Part shown: piece after piece, positions 61,886 through 64,000 of the stretch
Numbering within the stretch: the first letter of the stretch is position 1
How the letters are laid out: every line of letters begins with the position of its first letter
Assembly: GCA_965206695.1 (NCBI GenBank)
Contig: CBDBKM010000005.1
Span: forward strand, 1-64,000
Reading direction: 5' to 3'
Source of the DNA: Chlamydiales bacterium
Lineage (GTDB): Bacteria; Chlamydiota; Chlamydiia; Chlamydiales; JAAZZY01
Length of the DNA stretch: 64,000 nucleotides
Program-made: the position numbers and the translations under genes
Notes under the pieces: model-generated
Seen by the model: the letters and a program-made list of their open reading frames with translations, nothing else
Database searches by the model: none
What the model was told of the DNA's origin: nothing

Positions 61886-62722
61886 TTACCTTAATTTACC
61901 TACCCAACCTAACTTAGTTCGTAAAGTTGAGAAATAATCGTGTCGATGTAAACTAACTATTCTAAAATTCTGCTCATGACGTCGTATTGTAAATACATCC
62001 CCGGTATTCATTGAAAAATGTGAAATACCGTCCGTTACAATTTTCACCGGTTCGTAAGGACTCAGATATTGAATCTGAATCTCTTGATCGGGCGATAAAA
62101 CTATAGGCCTATTAGAAATAGTATGTGGACAAATAGGAGTAAGAACAAACGCTTGAAGTTTCGGAATTAGGATTGGACCTCCTGAAGCAAGAGAATAGGC
62201 CGTCGATCCATTTGGAGTTGCCATAATAATACCGTCAGCTTCAAAAGTATTAACACGCACACCATTGACGCGAATCGCTAATTCTACCAAGCCGGGATTT
62301 TGAGAACGGTGAATCACCAGATCATTAATGGCAAAGCACTTTTCATCATTAATACAACCCTGCATCATGATACGTTCTTCAATCTTGTATTTCCTTTCCA
62401 AAAGGTCTTGTAAGCTAGGATAAATATCCGCTACCGGAATGTCCGCCATAAAACCTAAATGACCTAAATTAATACCGATTATGGGAATATCTAAAGCAAT
62501 ATATTTATGTTTTAATCTTAAAATCGTGCCGTCTCCACCCATAGAAATCATAAAATCGATGGTTTTGGGATCAATGCTTGATAGCGGAGCCACGTTGAAT
62601 AGTTCAGCATTTTCATCACTAACAACAACTGTTACATTTCGTTTATTTAAAAACTCAATAATACCAAATGCTAAGCGCTTGGTTGTTTCTTTATTAATTC
62701 TTGGGAAAAGTGCAATTTTCAT
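61886..62722 (-). CDS. nadK: NAD kinase
   Basis: [16 protein letters not shown] and [16 protein letters not shown] motifs. Confidence 0.95.
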   Translation of the reverse strand: MKIALFPRINKETTKRLAFGIIEFLNKRNVTVVVSDENAELFNVAPLSSIDPKTIDFMISMGGDGTILRLKHKYIALDIPIIGINLGHLGFMADIPVADIYPSLQDLLERKYKIEERIMMQGCINDEKCFAINDLVIHRSQNPGLVELAIRVNGVRVNTFEADGIIMATPNGSTAYSLASGGPILIPKLQAFVLTPICPHTISNRPIVLSPDQEIQIQYLSPYEPVKIVTDGISHFSMNTGDVFTIRRHEQNFRIVSLHRHDYFSTLRTKLGWVGKLR

Positions 62723-64000
62723 AATAAAGCTCTTGCTACATAAAGTTTATTAAAAGAAAAATGATGAACAATTCGCTGAGTGATTTGATCCGCATTTAAT
62801 CCTAGTTCTTTCCATAATTCCCTATACCCGCCTTGTTCTACGAACACATCAGGAACTCCAAAATTTAAAACACGTATGTGACCTAAACTTTTTTGCATCA
62901 GAAAATGGTTAAATATAGCACCCAAACCACCTCTGAGAGAATGTTCTTCAATCGTAATAATACAAGTATGTGTCTTTAAAAGTTGGACAAATAAATTATC
63001 ATCTAAAGGTTTGATAAAAACAGGATCTATTACAGTCGCGTACATACCAAATTTTTCCAGCTTTTCTCTTACCTCTAAAGCAACCCGGCACATATGCCCC
63101 AATCCGATAATAAGTACATCTTGTCCCTCCGTCAATATCTCTGCTGTTCCAAGCTCTCTGTTTAGAAGAGGTTGATCATATTCTTCTGTAGGCCTATTTG
63201 GGTAGCGAATAGCGGTAGGTTGATTCCAGGAAAAAGCTGAGTTTAATAACTCTTTTAGTACATGGCCATCTCGAGGTTGAGTAATAACCATATTCGGCAT
63301 GACATTCAAAAAAGCAATGTCATAGATACCATTATGTGTTGATCCGTCAGGACCGGCAAGACCGGCACGATCTATGCAAAAAAGAACAGGGAGATCTTGC
63401 AGACATACATCATGAAAAAGGTTATCAAAAGCTCTTTGTAAAAATGTAGCATAAATTGAAACGACTACTTTTACTTTTCCGCCAAAAGCCATTCCGCCAC
63501 AAAAAGTCACAGAATGAGCTTCAGCAATTCCTACATCCAAACAACGACCGGGATATTTCTCCATAAAAGCGTCTAAACAAGAGCCGTATGACATAGCAGG
63601 AGTTACGGCAATAACATTCGGATCATTATCGGCCATCTTTAAAAGGTGGCGTCCGAAAATCTTTGGAAAGGTTGGCCTGGTTGACGTTGCGGGTAAAAAT
63701 TTACCTGAATCTTTATTAAAAGGTTTTGCTCCATGATGCGTAATAGGGTTGAGCATCGCTTCAGGCATTCCCTTACCTTTAGTCGTCAATACATGTAAAA
63801 TAACAGGCTTATTATTATCTTTCAAAGCCTCTAAGACTTGAATCATCTTTTTGATATCATGCCCGTCAATAGGACCTATATAAGTCACACCGTATTGTTC
63901 AAAAAATGCTGCAGGACTTACTAGATTCTTAATGGATTCTGTGACTTTTTGCCCATGTTTTGCTAATTGAGGGCCATAACAAGGGACCCTGGAAATAACA
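62719..64000 (-). CDS. dxs: 1-deoxy-D-xylulose-5-phosphate synthase (5' part beyond the window)
   Basis: [32 protein letters not shown] and IRYP; frame is open to the window edge. Confidence 0.95.
   Translation of the reverse strand, partial: VISRVPCYGPQLAKHGQKVTESIKNLVSPAAFFEQYGVTYIGPIDGHDIKKMIQVLEALKDNNKPVILHVLTTKGKGMPEAMLNPITHHGAKPFNKDSGKFLPATSTRPTFPKIFGRHLLKMADNDPNVIAVTPAMSYGSCLDAFMEKYPGRCLDVGIAEAHSVTFCGGMAFGGKVKVVVSIYATFLQRAFDNLFHDVCLQDLPVLFCIDRAGLAGPDGSTHNGIYDIAFLNVMPNMVITQPRDGHVLKELLNSAFSWNQPTAIRYPNRPTEEYDQPLLNRELGTAEILTEGQDVLIIGLGHMCRVALEVREKLEKFGMYATVIDPVFIKPLDDNLFVQLLKTHTCIITIEEHSLRGGLGAIFNHFLMQKSLGHIRVLNFGVPDVFVEQGGYRELWKELGLNADQITQRIVHHFSFNKLYVARALL

Noticed and set aside
357..62753. 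Many short ORFs overlapping assigned genes (e.g. 357-539, 21865-22299, 26397-26738, 51104-51514, 55335-55607)
   Set aside because: Antisense or alternate-frame shadows of well-supported genes, without motifs.

Overview
AT-rich bacterial chromosome segment, most likely from an environmental member of the Chlamydiae. This is inferred from the gene orders rpsA-nusA-infB-rbfA-truB-ribF, rpe-efp-accB-accC and xerD next to CT865-like genes. Housekeeping content: putP, tRNA-Val and tRNA-Asp, hpt, accBC, efp, rpe, the rpsA-ribF cluster, gatCAB, xerD, holA, ispA, ugd, tdh, kbl, nadK and a 5'-truncated dxs. Two accessory zones stand out. The first, about 29.3-38.3 kb, holds an IS200/IS605 element whose tnpB is interrupted by IS630, orphan membrane proteins (one split at a G8 tract), an emrAB pseudogene and MITEs. 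The second, about 42.5-55.1 kb, is a co-oriented tandem array of five GT4 glycosyltransferases and four TagF/CT865-like transferases, hit by two IS630 copies and a MITE. Three short non-autonomous IS200/IS605 derivatives (7451-7777, 35003-~35295, 49387-49565) keep both ends and part of the TnpB omegaRNA region; one sits in codon 4 of a transferase gene and supplies a new in-frame start. The tetramer CCGG looks strongly over-represented. No CRISPR array or rRNA was seen. All calls are by eye; no searches were run.
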